NCBI GenBank assembly: GCA_026025075.1
Contig: JAPEUI010000048.1
Coordinates: forward strand, 62,001-120,104
Source: Vezdaea acicularis
Lineage: Eukaryota
Direction: 5' to 3'
DNA length: 58,104 nucleotides
The first letter of the stretch is position 1. Every line of letters starts with the position of its first letter. Of the stretch, positions 12,570 through 25,665 are shown one piece after another. Made by a program: the position numbers and the translations under genes. The notes under the pieces are model-generated. The model had not been told where the DNA came from. It worked only from the letters and a program-made list of their open reading frames with translations, and did not search any database.

Positions 12570-15500
12570 TCATCGACGGACCTGCTCCAGAGCTTTCTGT
12601 TCCTCATCAATAATCTCCATCGCGGTCTCCAAGTCACCGTCGGCGGCTTGAGCATAAACTACCAGCCTATCTACCCCACCGTCCTCTTCACTACCGAACC
12701 CAAGGGATTTCAACGTCTCAACGCACTTGACCACAGCGCTCACAGTCTCCACATTATTATGCGACCCCGTATCAATGATGGTAGGTGGCTGATCATCAAA
12801 CCTCACCACGCGTTCATCTGGTCTGGATTGTCGGGCCTGAGATTCCGTGGCACTACCTTGCTCTGATCGCACTGACTCAGCACGTCTCTCTGATGAATTG
12901 TCATCGTCATCGTCAAGGGGAAAACGCCCAGGTGTATGCTCGTAACTCTCCAAGAAACTCTCCCAACCCATTCTCCTGTTGCTTCCAATGAATTCAGAGG
13001 CAGGACGACGGCTATTGCTATGAGCTTTGTTTGAGGTTCTGGCGTTTGCGCTACTCAGAGACCGGTTCACGCCGTCTAAGACTCGTTTGCGCGTTGATGC
13101 AAGTTCAATGAAGGGCTCGGCAAGAGGATCGAATGGGCCTGCAAGTCTGGCAGCGTGCTCAAGCTCGGAAGAGTTAGACATTCCAGATGGACAAACAGGA
13201 ACGTCCATTCGTTGGCCAGAGACTCCTTCAGACCAGATTGAGTTCGTGTCAAGAAGGGACGGAAAGCTATTATGTTCAGTCATTTGAGACAAAGGAGGCC
13301 ACGCTCCTGGAATCCTGCTGGGAGTTGCTTGTCCCTCCTCGGCTAGCTTGCCAAGCTCACTAACATACCATGGAGTTGATGAGAAAGGGTTTCGGGAAAC
13401 TTTACGTTCGTCATTGCGCGTGTCGCTGTGGTTTTGAGGCGTCAGAGCAGCAATATAAGGCAGTGGTGAATGGCGAGATTCTCGTCCCTCCAATTGAGAG
13501 ATTGAGGGGAAACGCGTCATCTCAGGTATCTGCGAGTTCTTGTTTTCTCGTTCTGTGAAAGTTGGTTGAAGCTGCTTTGTAAATGGAGACATTATGTCCT
13601 TCTCTTCGCTTGCGCGAGCAATCTTTCTTAAAGCTCCAGTGGTGTTCGCGCGTCGTAGATTTCGGGTTTCTACAACCGGGCTTCCTGTTGTCTTAATATC
13701 GTCGCATGAAGCTAGTAAATCATCTTCAGTGGTCTTCGCGTTAATTAGGACGGGGTTATTAGCTGCTTCGTTGTCTTCAGATTTGGTCGGATCATTGGGT
13801 GAAAGTGGTTTGATCTCATCCTGAGCATCGTCAAGTCTTTGATAACCCCACGCGAGTTCAGCCCTCGAGGTCTGGACATCATCTTCGTCGCTGCTCTGGC
13901 TGTCAAAGCCCTTGAGAGTGCTTCCTTGATTCTTATCTCCAAGGAGATTGCTATTAGAGAGTTTTTCTCTCCAAGAAGGGGCGGCGAATGATCTGTAACG
14001 TCGAAGCGAACTCAACGGATCTTGTTCATAATAGGTAGAAGATTGACGAGGTTGTTGCCTGGTCGATCTCAGGCCTGAGACCGATACTGCAGGCCTCAAG
14101 CTTGGATGCCATGGTTGTGTGCGACCGGAATATGGAGAAGGAAACCCAGTGAGTGGCCGCGAGGAAAGCTGCCCGTCAACACGAGGTGGAAAGCCTCTAG
14201 CAGGCAGCAGACGGAGGGGGCCATTGAGCGGAGCTTGGGGTGGAGGAGGTTGACCTTTCAACGGAGGGAGTGGTGGTGGGGGTGGTGGAGAGGAGAAATG
14301 GCCATCAAACGGTATGGGAGGAGGGGGAAACCGGGCATCGACAAGTGGTAGAGGGGCAGGGCCACCAAAACGCGAAGCAGATGAATGCCCGTTGAGCTCT
14401 CCAGATGGAGGAATAGTTTGCCAAGGCCCCAACGACCCAGGTGCCGCATGAGATGTTGCGGGGGCAAGGGATGCGGGTGAAATGGGAGAATTGGCGTCTT
14501 GATGTCCTCCTGGCTTTGGAGCGGAGGCTGTTTGCTGTTGCTGTTGCCATTTTGCCCAACTTGAAGACGGAGACTTTTTGGTAGGAGAATCTGGCAACGC
14601 CGGCGGGTCATGTGGAAGATGAATTGGACCGTGTTGGCCGAATTGAGGCGGCTCCACAGGGAAAGAAGGCGCCGGTGATCTTACTCTGCGAAAACGCATA
14701 GGTGAACGAGACCGAGGATGTCTGTAACGCCGTCGTGAGTGGTGAGGTGGCCGAACACGACCCCATAAGCCAATTTCAGTATCCAATCTGGGATCAACAT
14801 ACTCGTAAAGCGGGTCATTCATGGTTCTTGAGCGAAGTCTTCTGCTATGACGCCCACGATACACGTCTGCTCGGCGCTCGTAGGGCGACTCTCCAGCTAG
14901 GAATGGGTGATGGGCATATCTATGCGTCTCACGTGATGCTCTAGAAGAGTTCGAACCTGATGGCCTGCTCCTTTGGAGGTAAGGCGCTTGACTCCCATGC
15001 TCGCTGGACGAATGATCACTCTCACCATCAATATCATCGCCAACTTCAATCAAGGTAGTCGGTCCATGACCGAACGTCGTACTGCTAGTTAAGGGCGTTG
15101 GAGGTGCGTCGCTTGTCAAGAAGACATTGTCCAAACCTGTGAAGTTCGCAGATAGAGGCTCTCCTTCGGAATTGGACACCCGTAGCTGGTCTTTTGGAGG
15201 AAGGTTAGGAGGCACGTCGAGCGTTTGTACGTGAGAGGAAAAAACATCTTTAGGTGATGAGGTGCCGGAAAGGTCTCCAGCTTCAAAGGGGCTGGCATCT
15301 TGAGCTATCTCTGCCCCGTCAACGTTCTTGGGCGCAACGTTCGACGGCCGCGAACCACGTGCTCCGAGCGAAAGCACCCCCTGTCCAAGTCGGCCAACGT
15401 CGGCGGCAACGCCTTCGAAGCCATTGACAATGCCTTCAACAGCACGAAGATCTGCATCTCGGGTTATCTCTGCCGCGTTCTTCGCAAAGTCAGATGCGTC

Positions 15501-17137
15501 TTGAGCAGCCTTGGCTAATTGCTCGACATGGTCGCTAAACCCTTGAAATGCATCACGGAAGACTCGCTCCATATTCTGAGGGACCGTATCCCGAATGTTT
15601 CTAATTCGTGCTTCAGCTTCCGGAAGGCCGTGTACAAGGTCAGTGGCAAGATTACTAATTCCTTCCACAACAGATCGAATAACGTGAGCGAAGGTTTCTG
15701 CAGGGTTGGGCTGTGACTCGGTCACTTCCGGGAGGCTCGAATCGGAAGATGGATCTTGCGTTGTGGGCGCTCCTTCCACTCGTTCCTTAGCTCCATTTGT
15801 ATCTGGCTGGGTCGAAGGGGCTGATACTGCTCTCCCAAGTTCGGCTTGGAAGCACCCGAAGAGAGACTTCGAATCGTCTGGAAACTCCGCTACAGAAGAA
15901 ACTTCCTTACCATCTTCCGAGGAAGAGCTAGACGAAGAGGATTCGCTAAACTCGGTGAAGTCAAAGACCTCCGCACTAGCGCCGGAAGGGGTGGGAATAT
16001 CGGGTTTTCCGACATAGGCAGCCGGCTCCTCAGAAGTGCTTTGTAGAGGTTCTGTGCGCTCTTGTTCAGGTCGCCCAATCACCAAACGCTTCTTATTCTG
16101 CTGCTCCAACAACATCAACTGCATTTGGTAGTCCTGAAGGGCATGGTTAGCCGTTGAGGGAGCCTGATGCTGTAGGGGGGCTATGAATGGAGGCTGGCCT
16201 GATTCCTGGTGAGAATTCATCAAACCATTTGGTCGATTCTGCTCAAGCTCTTGTCGTGATGATTCGAAATGTTCTAAACGCCTCCTGCGTCGCTGCTCCC
16301 TCATCTTCTGTTGAGCGTAGTAGTTGTCTGAAGCATTCTTCTGCCCTCGGAGGCATTCAAGTAAATGTCGACCGCCTTCCGGCTGTGAGCGCAGCTCGCG
16401 CAGGAGCTCCTGCGCACGGGCAACATCGTCCGAGGGATCGACTTCCACCTGTACATCCTTGGCCGGGCGAAGAACAGTACTATCTTCCAAGGCAGACAAG
16501 GATGATGCATTGAATCCATTAGGGTTGTCCGCGACGGGAGGCGGGAACTCCAACGCAGACTGTGTTTGGGTGCGATTTCCTTCCACGATATTTCTCCATA
16601 CTTCTAATGATCTAATGGTACGATCGGTATCGAACATGTGCATAGGAGCCGAAATAGGCGACAGCCTTGGGTGTGCGAGCCTTGGGACAGACGGATGCAG
16701 TGGAGAGTTCGTTCGTCGAGGCTGCGGTGGTGCAAGAGGGACTGCTTCTTCAAGGCGCTGCGATAATTCGAACCCAGAGCCAACCTATATAAATGCGTTA
16801 GTAGGTACTTAATCTCAGTCAAGCTTCTAAAGAAATCATCTTATAGGAACGAAGTATCGCTATGTGTTCTAGGACCAAGAAATCGTGACGATGAAGAGTC
16901 AAGAGGACTTGCTTGCATGGTAAGGCTTACTGTGATTATTTCGCCATCATCCTCATCCATGTATGTAAGGGCTGCGTCGGGATGCTGCTGGATTACAGAG
17001 TCATATTCCGTGCTGCTTATCCGAATGACTGCAAGTTCCTCATAAGGGACTGGCGACGAAGTGAAGTCATCACCAACGTCAGGCCCTGCAGGGTTATCTG
17101 ATGCACGAAGTTGGCAAATTCGAAACGGTGGTAACAT
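12570..17137 (-). CDS. Large disordered protein with an N-terminal PB1/OPCA-like motif and a C-terminal UBA-like domain
   Basis: Exon 1 (17137-16931) ends LTYMDEDDGEIIT. Intron 16785-16930 (GTAAGC..ACTAAC..TAG) joins in frame to VGSGFELSQRLEE and the 1357-aa ORF. Internal NHALQDYQMQLMLLEQQNKKRL; C-terminal CVETLKSLGFG...AADGDLETAMEIIDEE. Confidence 0.8.
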
Positions 17138-18404
17138 AGTGAAATGCCGAAGGTTCCAGTATGGCTTGTCTGGAACTCGTTGACGAACGCTTTCGTAATG
17201 CGGAAGTCGCAAGTACGTGGGAGCCTTCCAACAGGGCACAGTCTAAATGGGAACGGTTAAAGGTTGATCTAAAGGAACGGAGTGAGATGAAACCTCACTT
17301 TTATGGGATGTCGATGAAGGTTTCCAGTTCTTTCGGGAGGTTTACTTCCAAATGTGGACTGAAAGGAGCTGACGACGCACGAAGAATAGGCGACCGGGGA
17401 GGCGAAACTTCGTACGTCTGTCCTGTTCGCAGTAACAAGGAACTTTTGTGGGTCCTCGGTCTGCTAGTACCTATGTAAGAACACGATAGCTTTTTGGGAG
17501 GGATGACAGGCGTAAAGACGGCTCTTCTCGCTGTTAGGTGCGATGTTGATGAGCCGTGAGAATGAGCGAGCTTGAAGGAAGCAACAATAGCTCTGACGTG
17601 ACAAGGCTGCGGTAGCCTGCTCGCGTAGCGTGCGGGGCTCTCTTGGTCTTGACGACCGCGCAGCGTGCCAGGCACTACTTTCGTGAACTTTGCCGTCTAC
17701 TGCTATGGTCTACGATGAACTGTAATGATAGACATAAACTTTCAAAAGTCCTGATTACTTGTAGATAGGATCTAAGGAAGGAAGTTACAAAAGTGATGTT
17801 ATTCACTTATGGAGTGTTTATGCAATGGCCACAGCCTCGCTCCATGCCCGAAAGTGGGTACACGACGCAGCTCGAGAGCTTGAGAGTTTGGCATTGAGCC
17901 ATTTTCAAACGCTCAGGAAATTTTCACCCGATGATCTGCTAATATTCCCTCTTGGTATCGAACTAGAACTATGTAGGCTTCATTTGTATGGGAAGGAGGA
18001 TGAAAGTTTGCAGCACCACTATGTTGTAGCACTCACCATGTTGGAGACGTCCACTCCCTGTACATAATACTGGATCTCATATCAGAGCATCGTAGGAAAA
18101 CAGAGAAGAGCACGGGCAGCAAATTGCGTCAAGCCTCTCAATGTCATTGTTGTTATCACCCAACTTTTTTATTGGTCCAGGGAGAAAGGGATCTGAAACA
18201 GTCATAACTTCCTTGCTAGATTCTACGACCTAATACAGAAAGCTCCGCTTCTATTTTTTATCGATTCGTGAGAGCATGTCGGAGGGTCTGAGATTAGGTT
18301 ATGTACGGTAGTAAATCACTCTCTGAGGATCTTTTCCACGTCCCCTGCTATGTCCAAATCTGGATTAACCTCCTCTCCCAACGTCTGCCATCCGAACACT
18401 GATC

Positions 18405-21400
18405 CTAACTCTTCCTTGCCACCATCGCCATCAGCAGCTGGTGGAGGCCATTCTCACCGTAGTAATAAGTATCTTCATCTATCTTTCGTAACTTTGCGTG
18501 GCGCTGTTCAAGGAAAAGGATCTGGTTCCAAGCGTGAACAAGGCAGTCAGGCAAACGTAGGACATCTCCCTTCTTCGCTAATATCCTGCTTAGACGAGGT
18601 ATCCTCCCCACGGTTGGGTTTTTTGCGTCAACCTGTCCATCTCCATCTGTATTGTTGGGTGGATAGTAGTACTGAGCGGCTAGATCACGGAACTCGGCAA
18701 TAATGCTAGGGAGAACGTGAATTCGCTCAGCAGTGACAAAGTCAACGGCAACTTTAATCGAGCTTCGACCGTTGGTGACTTGGTGAGGGCACCCAGCTGG
18801 AATAAGTACAGCATCTCCCGGTTCCTGGTGGATCAAGTAGGACTTTGTATATCCCCACCGCTCAGTATTCATCTCCGCCAAGTCTTGGTCGCTCAAATAG
18901 TGTTTTTGCCTATTAACAGGATCATCGATATTCCTTTCAGGGTATTTGTAGCGGAGGTAGTTATTGAGCATATCTGAACTACCTGGCTGCCAGATATGCC
19001 ATATGGCCGCGGGCTTATAGCAACTTGGTTCGATCGGATCGTTAGAATCATCGTACCTTACTTCGTACTCTTTCCCCTTTTGGGCCCTTTCTTCTAATAT
19101 TGGTGCTGGCGAAGCATAGATCATAATGTTGATCGCACAGGTCACGTCTTTATGCAAATTAGTCGTACCAATCCCATCTAACCCTTTGGGGACTTCGTGA
19201 CCATTATCCCTAGGCAGGAATCGAGGAGCAGGATAAGCGCAATATGCTTTCGGACCTAGATCCGGTCTGAGGAAATCGGGTGGAAAGTAGGCCCCTAAAT
19301 TAAGCAAGCCTTCCCGCGACATAAAAGCTGGAAAAGGAAGTGCTCTTTCAAAGTCTTCGAAAAGCTCTGGGAAGTAATCTTTGAAATCTGCATTAGGGGG
19401 CCAATCCTATGATAGACCCATTAGCAAGTGTGCAAGGTTGTCTCCTTGTCTAGACTTACTTTCAGCTTCAAGCTTCTCACTTGGCCTCTATATGTACTAT
19501 GCCTAAAACCTTCAAAGAAGTCGTAAACTCTCTGGTTGTCTATGACCATGTCATTACAGCAGTCGACCAGTGCACATTTTTCTTTACTCTTTCCCTCGAT
19601 GAATTCAGTCGGATCCCATCGTCGATCCATACGATCTAGCATGCCTTTAACAATCAAGGGCTTTCCTAGCTTGGGGTCTCCTCCCAAGAACCAGGTACTT
19701 TGGAAGAAAGCCGTTTGGACCTTCAGTTGCTCATGTGATTGACTTCTGGACTGATAAATGATGTCTGGCCCAGGCAGGTGATTGCTCCCGATATCCGGCG
19801 TAGTGTGTGAAAGGATCTTGATACCGAAGGGCCTTGGGTTTCGAAGAATTTCTTCCTCAAGCCCAGTGTATTTCAATCTGAAGCGCTTCAGGGTACCCAC
19901 AGATGGCAGAGAACTCTTGTGGATGACTCGGTCCGCTTGCTTAATGTTCTCACGAACAAGCATATAGAACTGGTATTTTGTGTGGCGCATCCTGTTGAGA
20001 CATTGATGAACTCGAGGGATGAAGTAAGCCACTGTTCCTAAGATGTCGCTCTCGCTCTCGAGAGGAGCATGGAGGGGAGAACGGCTATCGCCCGAAGTTG
20101 ACATCGATGAACTATGCTCACCATTTTGCTTCTCTGGATCAGTTGACTGCTTAATTTCTTCTTGATACCGCTCGACTGAGTCATCAATCAACTGCCAACA
20201 CTTCTCGCAGAGCTCTTTCCCACAAGCTACGCAAACCCAAGACCCTAGGTAGCACGAGGCGGCGCACGCATCACAAGTCACCCTTTCGTCTTTCGTACTG
20301 TTTCGAAAGACAATAGGACATCGGAACGGATAAGAATCCTCCGTCGTACGAGTCTCACCTTTAACCGGGTCGTTGTAAGACTTGGTAGAGACATACGGTG
20401 AGCTTAGTAGATCCCTGAGAACAGGAGCCGTGAGGGCTTTAATATCATGAAGGGCATCAGCATGGCTCTTATATGATCCGGAGACGTTTGAGTCCACATT
20501 TGGAAAATCGTAGAGGTCATGTAAGTCTTTAGCAGGTGCCGAAAGACTGCATTCTCCAAGGCTATGTTCCCAATTGGCTATTTCGTTGTCGTGACGTTCA
20601 AGTGCTTGATATCCTGTCATATCACCAAGCAAGATCCAGTTTTTCAGATCTGGCCATTCTGCGCCTCTGAACCCCTCAATTGCAGGACGGAAGGTCTTCG
20701 GAATTTTGCGCCCGGGCTGCGCATTTGATTGGACTACAATCTCCCCAATTTTCTTGTAACCTCCAATATTGCGCTGATTAGGTTCAAATCTATCGATAAC
20801 AGACCCGCTTTGCACGGCAGCGAAGGCACGAATGTCTTTGAATCGACAAGCTCCACTGTCCGCTGCCTTTTCGGAACAAGCTGTACATTTGAGAGGAGTG
20901 CCGTTGCAGCTCCAGTGCTCAGACTTGTGTGGCTGTAGTCCATTGCATGGTTTCTTCTGCACAAGATAGTATGGGTTAGGCCGATTAGTAACGAGTCTTT
21001 TCGTCTTGATCCATTCTACATCGGGATGTTTCTGGGCGACAGCCGGAGTAAGTAGTTGAGCTGTTCTGTCAAATCTGCCGCGCTTCTGGTCGATGATTTG
21101 TTCCAGCTGTTGGAAGGCTTTTATTTTGGAGACCTCGATGTTGATTCCTAGTTGAGAATCAGATTTGGTGCACTCCTTGTCTTCAACTTGCTGCCGCGAC
21201 TCTACACCACCACTATGCTCTGAACGTGGTTGGAGATTACGTTCGCTTGCGTTAATTTGGGTTGATAAACGCATAGGATTATAGAGGTCATCTACTTCGA
21301 CATAGGCTTCATCAGTCCGACGTCGCTTTGTGGAACTGGGGCAGGACGATGGCTCGCTGTCAGATCCATGCCTTCTCTTTTCCGGGCCGGGTCTGCTCGG

Positions 21401-21490
21401 TATGGAGTTCATGGACAGATCTGATTCAGTTCCACCTTGCATGGTTCCTGAGCTCGATTTGTTCGGAGTTATATGATCTATCCGATCCAT
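18405..21490 (-). CDS. KDM3/JMJD1 (JHDM2)-family JmjC histone demethylase with Cys-rich zinc finger
   Basis: CTAC...CRFKDIRAF, CDAC...WVCVACGKELCEKC, LKLK|DWPP (intron 19407-19459, GTAAGT..GCTAAT..TAG), RPDLGPKAYCAY, TTNLHKD, AIWHIW, QEPGDAVLIPAGCPHQVTN and IKVAVDFV. The Fe-binding HxD...H triad is intact. The 3' end may extend to 18316 via a further intron. Confidence 0.88.
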
Positions 21491-22528
21491 CTTCGGTTTG
21501 TTTTCGTATTTACCCCACCTCCCTCAACTTTCTACTTGGCAAAATTTATTATCAGCGCTATTTGACTTCTGGATGATCGTGTGAAAGGTGATTGACGGCT
21601 GAGACGAAATCCTTCGTGAAACGCAGATACAAGAGTGGCGAGTGATTCAAGGAGGGAAGCCGAGAGCAACCTACTAACCAGGCAGTCCTAATACCCAGCA
21701 CCTACAGCCCTGCAAGCACCTTATTACTGGTGGGAAGGCTCTAGAAGCTTTGAGGAGATGGTCTTTATGGCGACTCCATTCCTAGTTCAGAGTGTCGTTT
21801 TGGTCTTGCGAAGGGACGTAGCTGAGAGCTATGCTCTCCTTGTATGATTCATTGGTCTCGTGTGTGGGTGTTTCGTAAACTTCACATTTGTCTTAATATG
21901 ACAGCATTGTGTTGAAGTGCTGTGGGGTCTTCTGGCGCTATACAAGGCGAGGACGAGCGAAGAGCAAAGTAGATTCAAAGGCTTGGCATGAAAGACGCGT
22001 CTCGACGCCAGCCGACGCTAGTGCTCGCGTGTCTTTTAAGCTTAAAATCTATGGCGTTCCAGAGCCTGAAGAGAAGCCCAACGAGATGCTGGCTGAGCGC
22101 TTCCGGGAGATCGCCGCGGGAAATTTTTCAGATATTTTGTAGCAGCAAATTGTTCTACTTGTGGTTCTCTCGAGCTATACACGTAGCTTCAGCTTGTAAT
22201 GAAATGAGTACTGCTATTCGAAGGCATTTGGCTTGCCAGGCTAGTCCTTTGCCTTCTCCAGCGGAAAAGATGATGACATTTCCAACGCTTGTGATGCGTA
22301 TTGCGTCACCGCCTATCCTCACGGACCCAACGTCTCTCTCAAATTAGAAGCCTAACAACAAACCGCAGATTTACCACAGCCTGAGAGCATTTGAGAACTT
22401 GTAACTCACTAGAAAAAAAGTTCTGGTATCCTGAATCAAGAGAACTCCCAATCTTTCCAGTCATAGTTGCATTTGTTTGATCTCAGCCATTGTTTGGCAT
22501 ATCGACATCTACCCCAATTACTGCAAGT

Positions 22529-23335
22529 ATGCCTAGCGTCCTGATTGTCGGGGCCACTCGCGGTCTAGGAGCTTGCGTAGCCAAACAATATTCCGAGCAA
22601 GGTTACTCAGTCTACGCCACTAGTCGCTCTTCAAGAACTCCAGATCTTGGCCCAAAGGTCAACTGGATCACCAACGTCGATCTCGGTTCAGAGTCAGCTA
22701 GCAAAGCGCTGCTCCACGGCCTCAAAGGTGTAACGTTAGACATAACAATCCTCACTGCAGGCTACTTTGCGACTGAAAGTTTCGACGAACCGAATTTCGA
22801 GAATGAAGTCAAGATGTACACAATCAGCGCAATTGCGCCTGTCTTCCTTGTCTCCGGTCTGGTGAAAGAGGGGCATATTAAGAAAGGTGGAAAGATCATA
22901 ATCTTGTCGTCGGAGAGCGGCAGCATCACGCTAAGGCACGAGAAAGAAGGCGGAGGCAACTTCGGTCATCATGGGAGCAAAGCTGCTTCGAACATGGTGG
23001 TGAAGCTCCTGAGCCTTGACCTGAAAGATAAGGAGATCGCCGTCGGAGCTATTCATGTAGGTCATGAATCTTCTTGCTGGGCCTTTCAGCTAACACTCTA
23101 ACAGCCCGGCTTCATGCGGACAGAAATGACGAAGAATGTTGGATTTGACAAGTTCTATGATGATGGAGGTGCGGTAACGCCAGAAGTCGCCGCGAAGTCA
23201 TTAAGGGAGTTTGTGGATACCTTTGATATTAAGATGACTGGGCAATACTGGGCACCGCGAGGCCCCAGGGATATAGGGACTGCTGAACCTGTTCTAGGCA
23301 AGGGTCTACCAACCCCTCTTCAGCTTCCTTGGTAG
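22529..23335 (+). CDS. Short-chain dehydrogenase/reductase, CsgA/C-factor-like
   Basis: VLIVGATRGLG Rossmann motif, LSSESGSI, SKAASNM, and IH|PGFMRTEM across intron 23057-23104; ends LQLPW. Confidence 0.9.
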
Positions 23336-23523
23336 CATAGGGATCATTTTCGGCTTCATATGAGCCCGAGAGCGTATGATGATAGAAATAAGTGGCATAT
23401 AAGCTACAAATATCGATTGAGATCCTCCGTTAGCAGTCTGACCGGAACGCCGTTGACCATTTGATTATGCCACTATAGTACTATTTTATACAAGTGAACT
23501 CACAAGCCTCTTCCATCCACCTT

Positions 23524-25269
23524 CTAGTAATGAATAGCTTTTGAATATGTAGCCATGGCTGCCTCCTTGAATGCTTCTGCCAGTGTTGGGTGTGCATGAC
23601 TTGTCCTCGCCACATCCTCCGAGCTTGCGCCATACTCAATAGCCAACACACCTTCTGCAATCATTTCTCCTGCGTTCGGACCAACTATATGGATCCCAAG
23701 TATACGATCCGTCTCGGCGTCTGAAAGAAATTTGACCATTCCTTCAGTATCGAGGTTTGTTTTTGCTCGAGAATTTGCGGTGAAAGGGAAGGTGCCAACT
23801 TTATATTTCGCATTAGCTGCTTTGAGTTCTTGCTCATTTTGCCCAACCCATGCGACCTCCGGATGTGTATACATAACGGAGGGTATGGCGCCGTAATTCA
23901 CGTGACCATGGCCGGTCTTGATATACTCAATGACAGCAACACCTTCTTCTTCAGCTTTGTGTGCTAACATAGGACCAAAAGTGCAGTCGCCAATGACGCG
24001 GATGTGGGGGATCTTAGTACGGTATTCCTGGTCAATTACAAGTCGGCCTTTCTCATCTGTCTCGAGCCCGATATTCTCGAGACCAAGGCCTGCAGTATAT
24101 GGTCGTCGACCAATGGCTACAAGAACCACGTCGGCGTCGAGCTAAGAGAAGAAGTCAGTTGTTGTTAGGACAAAGGGAGGTTTTGGCGCTCACAGTCTCC
24201 TTCTTTCCGTTCTTAGCTCCTTCAACTTCGAGGTTGAGGCTCGATCCACTTGCATCGCCGCCGAGAACTTTTGTGTTAAGCTTGAACTTGATTCCTTGTT
24301 TTGTCAAGATCTTCTGAGACATTTTTGCAATCTCTGCGTCCATCCCCGGGCCACCAATTTGGCCTAAGAACTCGACTACAGTGACTTCGGAACCCAATCT
24401 CGACCATACGGAGCCCTAGCCATGTGTTAGCTACGTTCTGACTTGGGGGAGCAAATATGCTATACCATTTCTAGCCCGATGATACCTCCACCAATCACGA
24501 CCATCTTCTTCGGTACCTCCGTTAGCGCGATAGCTCCTGTGCTGGTGATTACTCTTTTTTCATCAATTTTCAGCCCAGGGAAGGGTGTTGCCTCGCTGCC
24601 AGTCGCGATGACGATATTCTTCGCTCGTAGCAATTGCTCGCCCCCATCGATAAGGTTGACCTTGACCTCGTGCTCTCCGACGAATGTACCCGTCCCAGGA
24701 ACATACTGAACGTTGTTCTTCTTGAACAGGAATTCCACTCCCTTCGTAAGTCCGCTGACAGAAGTGTCCTTCGCCTTCATCATTTGGGACAGGTTGAGCT
24801 TGACATCTCCAACCTCAATCCCACGATTCTTCGTATCGTGCAGAACTTGATGGTATAGATGAGAATTGTTGAGCAGAGACTTCGATGGTATACATCCGAC
24901 GTTCAGACATGTCCCGCCTAGAGCGCCTCGTTTTTCAATACATGCTACCTGGTAGACATGGAACGTAAGCTTAACCACCTTTGCTAGGAGCATCCGCCAT
25001 GAGTGTCTGACGAACCTTGAGTCCTTCCTGTCCAGCTTTGATGGCAGCTACGTATCCTGCAACACCACCACCGATGATTACCACGTCCTTCTCTTCTATC
25101 TAGCGGTTAGACAAGCAATACGAGCTGGAGGTTCAATCAACCTACCAACTTCTGTTGCATATCCTCTTCGCGGTCGGATAACAAAAGAAGAGCTGTTAGT
25201 AACAAATTTGGAACGCAGCGGTCTCAGGGACTGTGAAGCAAGCTGCGAGATAGCGGATCTTGAAAGCAT
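23524..25269 (-). CDS. LPD1: Mitochondrial dihydrolipoamide dehydrogenase (E3)
   Basis: Presequence [30 protein letters not shown], redox motif [24 protein letters not shown] and [14 protein letters not shown]. Five exons. Confidence 0.98.
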
Positions 25270-25665
25270 AGTGAAGCTGGGGAGGGTAGTTGACGGCTGG
25301 AGGTTGCGGCGAAAATACGGCAGCCGCAGAATGTTAGTTGGATGATGTAAGCAATACTTCAATTGAGGGAACCGCAGATCATGAAATCCACGACTCTACT
25401 TGAATATACTGTCTCCCTTGTGAGATATATACAAAGCTTGAACTTCTGATTACTGTATCGGAAAACGGGTTCAAAGGTTTCGCGGACCAGCGAGTTGCGT
25501 TGAGGAATTAAAGGGTAGATCTTTTCTCGGCAAACACCGGCAGAGGCACGCCCTGAGACGTGCCCGATAATTCACGAAAACTTCATTTTTTAGAAACAGA
25601 TGCTGGCATGGCAAATAGATTCTCACTTCAGTGTAAACTCACTGGAAGGTTCAAAGGTGCGCCTT

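Noticed and set aside
18100..18110. ACAGAGAAGA matches the U6 snRNA ACAGAGA box
   Set aside because: The downstream U6 sequence (TTAGCATGGCCCCTGC...) is missing.
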